From the NCBI GenBank assembly GCA_030324005.1, contig JARDVH010000110.1, positions 23,772,364-23,836,363 of the forward strand: a stretch of DNA of 64,000 nt. The letters run 5' to 3'. A model generated the notes under the pieces. That model searched no databases and was not told the DNA's origin. It saw nothing but the letters and a program-made list of their open reading frames with translations. Positions 62,143 to 64,000 of the stretch are shown in pieces. This DNA is from Negaprion brevirostris (lineage: Eukaryota). Position 1 is the first letter of the stretch, and every line of letters begins with the position of its first letter. The position numbers and the translations under genes were made by a program.

Positions 62143-62415
62143 AATGTTTATTTATTGGTCACAAGTGAGGCTTACATTAATGCTACAAAGGAGTTACTGT
62201 GGAATTCCTCTAGTCACCACAGTCCAGCATCTGTTCAGGTCAATGCACCTCACCAGCACATCTTTCAGGATGTGGGAGGAAACTGGAGCACCTGGAGGAA
62301 ACCCACACTGACATGGGGAGAATGTACAAACTCCACTCAGACAGTGACCCAAGCTGGGAATCAAACTCAGATCTCTGGCAGTGTGAAGCAGCAGTGCTAA
62401 CCATTGTGCTACCAT
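62143..62415 (-). mobile_element. V-SINE (alternative tail)
   Basis: Minus atggtagcacaatggttagcactgctgcttcacactgccagag...gggtttcctccaggtgctccagtttcctccca...taatgtaagcctcacttgtgaccaataaataaac. Confidence 0.9.
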
Positions 62416-64000
62416 NNNNNNNNNNNNNNNNNNNNNNNNNNNNNNNNNNNNNNNNNNNNNNNNNNNNNNNNNNNNNNNNNNNNNNNNNNNNNNNNNNNNN
62501 NNNNNNNNNNNNNNNNNNNNNNNNNNNNNNNNNNNNNNNNNNNNNNNNNNNNNNNNNNNNNNNNNNNNNNNNNNNNNNNNNNNNNNNNNNNNNNNNNNNN
62601 NNNNNNNNNNNNNNNNNNNNNNNNNNNNNNNNNNNNNNNNNNNNNNNNNNNNNNNNNNNNNNNNNNNNNNNNNNNNNNNNNNNNNNNNNNNNNNNNNNNN
62701 NNNNNNNNNNNNNNNNNNNNNNNNNNNNNNNNNNNNNNNNNNNNNNNNNNNNNNNNNNNNNNNNNNNNNNNNNNNNNNNNNNNNNNNNNNNNNNNNNNNN
62801 NNNNNNNNNNNNNNNNNNNNNNNNNNNNNNNNNNNNNNNNNNNNNNNNNNNNNNNNNNNNNNNNNNNNNNNNNNNNNNNNNNAACAGTGGCCCAGCCTTA
62901 AGAAATCCAATTGCCAAACTCATTAAAATTGAACCCAAAAACAAGCTTTAAAGTCAGTCCTAAAAGTTAAACTAATTTTCAATTTCTCAATGCGTGCACA
63001 ATCATCTTACAAATATATAATCCTCTAAAGCCTTTCCTCGCATTTGAAGAACAGAAGTAAAATATGCAGCTTATGATTTCATTTTATTTGCAAAGAAAAC
63101 TAGTTATAAAAACACCACCTGCTTTCACAAGTTTCCCAGATTCTAAAGCACAATAATTAGTTTTCAAAATTCACAGAATTTATTGCTGGAAGTAGAAACA
63201 TACATTGAAAATTATAAGCAAAATGTACTAGACAGGGGGTTAATAGGTACCATATGTTATTATAAGGATGAATGAGTAATTTAGATTGACTTACTCTTAG
63301 TGGTCAATGTTATTTGATTGCCTCTTTTTAAGGGTTACAATGTTATGGTACATTTGTTTTGTCAACGTACATTCACTTCATGTGAGAGAAGAAAATGATT
63401 TATTGGTAAAGGCAGCTTGTCATCAGGAGAGCAAAAAACCTAGTGAGAGAAAGACTAATATAAGCAGCGCCTTAAAGAGGAGGACTGGGCAGCACAGGGG
63501 AGAAGGGCTCGATGGAACAGCGGAATGAAGTGGTGGTGTGGGATCCTCCGTATGGTTTGCCTCAGTTAAAAAGCTTCATTCTAAGGTATTTCTGCCTAAT
63601 CATGCTATGCTTTAAAGTTCACTGAAGCTAATTTGGCCGCACTTTAAAACTCAGCTTGGAATTCTGGGTTTAGCTTAGAAATTGGCTACATTCGAAAGGG
63701 CGACATTAAGCAGAAATGGTTCTTCTCATAAACAGGTTTTCTCATAGGGTAAACAGTAGTGTTTCATGGTCACAGATGCCAACTGTTTATGCAGCTAGAC
63801 ACAGTTTGTACCCAGCTCTTTAAAAACACAGATAAACATACTCATATATTGTTAATAACAGCTATCTGTTCTGTTCAGTTGTGTTGAATGCTGTACAAGT
63901 TTTTTGATCAAGTCTGTATCGGCTCTGTCTCTCTCTCTCATCTCTCTTATACCAGTAAATTAATATCTTTTGCTTTCTGTAAATGCTAACTTTAAATGAT

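Noticed and set aside
1-64000. Prokaryotic or phage system (operons, CRISPR, defence island)
   Set aside because: There is no gene-dense coding sequence. The content is vertebrate SINE, LINE and LTR repeats with spliceosomal-type signals.

Overview
This is vertebrate nuclear DNA, almost certainly from a shark or other elasmobranch (inferred from HE1-type V-SINEs, Deu-domain SINEs and abundant CR1). It is not microbial. The window is a gappy draft-assembly, repeat-dominated intronic or intergenic region, and I could not confidently identify any host protein-coding gene. Most ORFs in the track are chance frames, transposon relics or read-through of N gaps. Retroelements present: CR1, Zenon-like, L2, RTE and Rex1/Babar LINE fragments, at least four SINE types, a decayed Gypsy provirus, a solo LTR and Penelope-like termini. 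DNA transposons present: intron-containing PIF/Harbinger Myb/SANT-gene and transposase relics plus many Harbinger-type MITEs. The most notable observations are (1) a Penelope-type palindrome carrying two decayed hammerhead-ribozyme cores, (2) a V-SINE subfamily whose tail looks Rex1-derived rather than CR1-derived, (3) an inverted, diverged protease segment inside a Gypsy gag, (4) several multi-layer nested insertions, and (5) a few repeat-free islands that may be exons or enhancers. Family assignments come from motif recognition by eye, and boundaries are approximate unless junction sequences are quoted.
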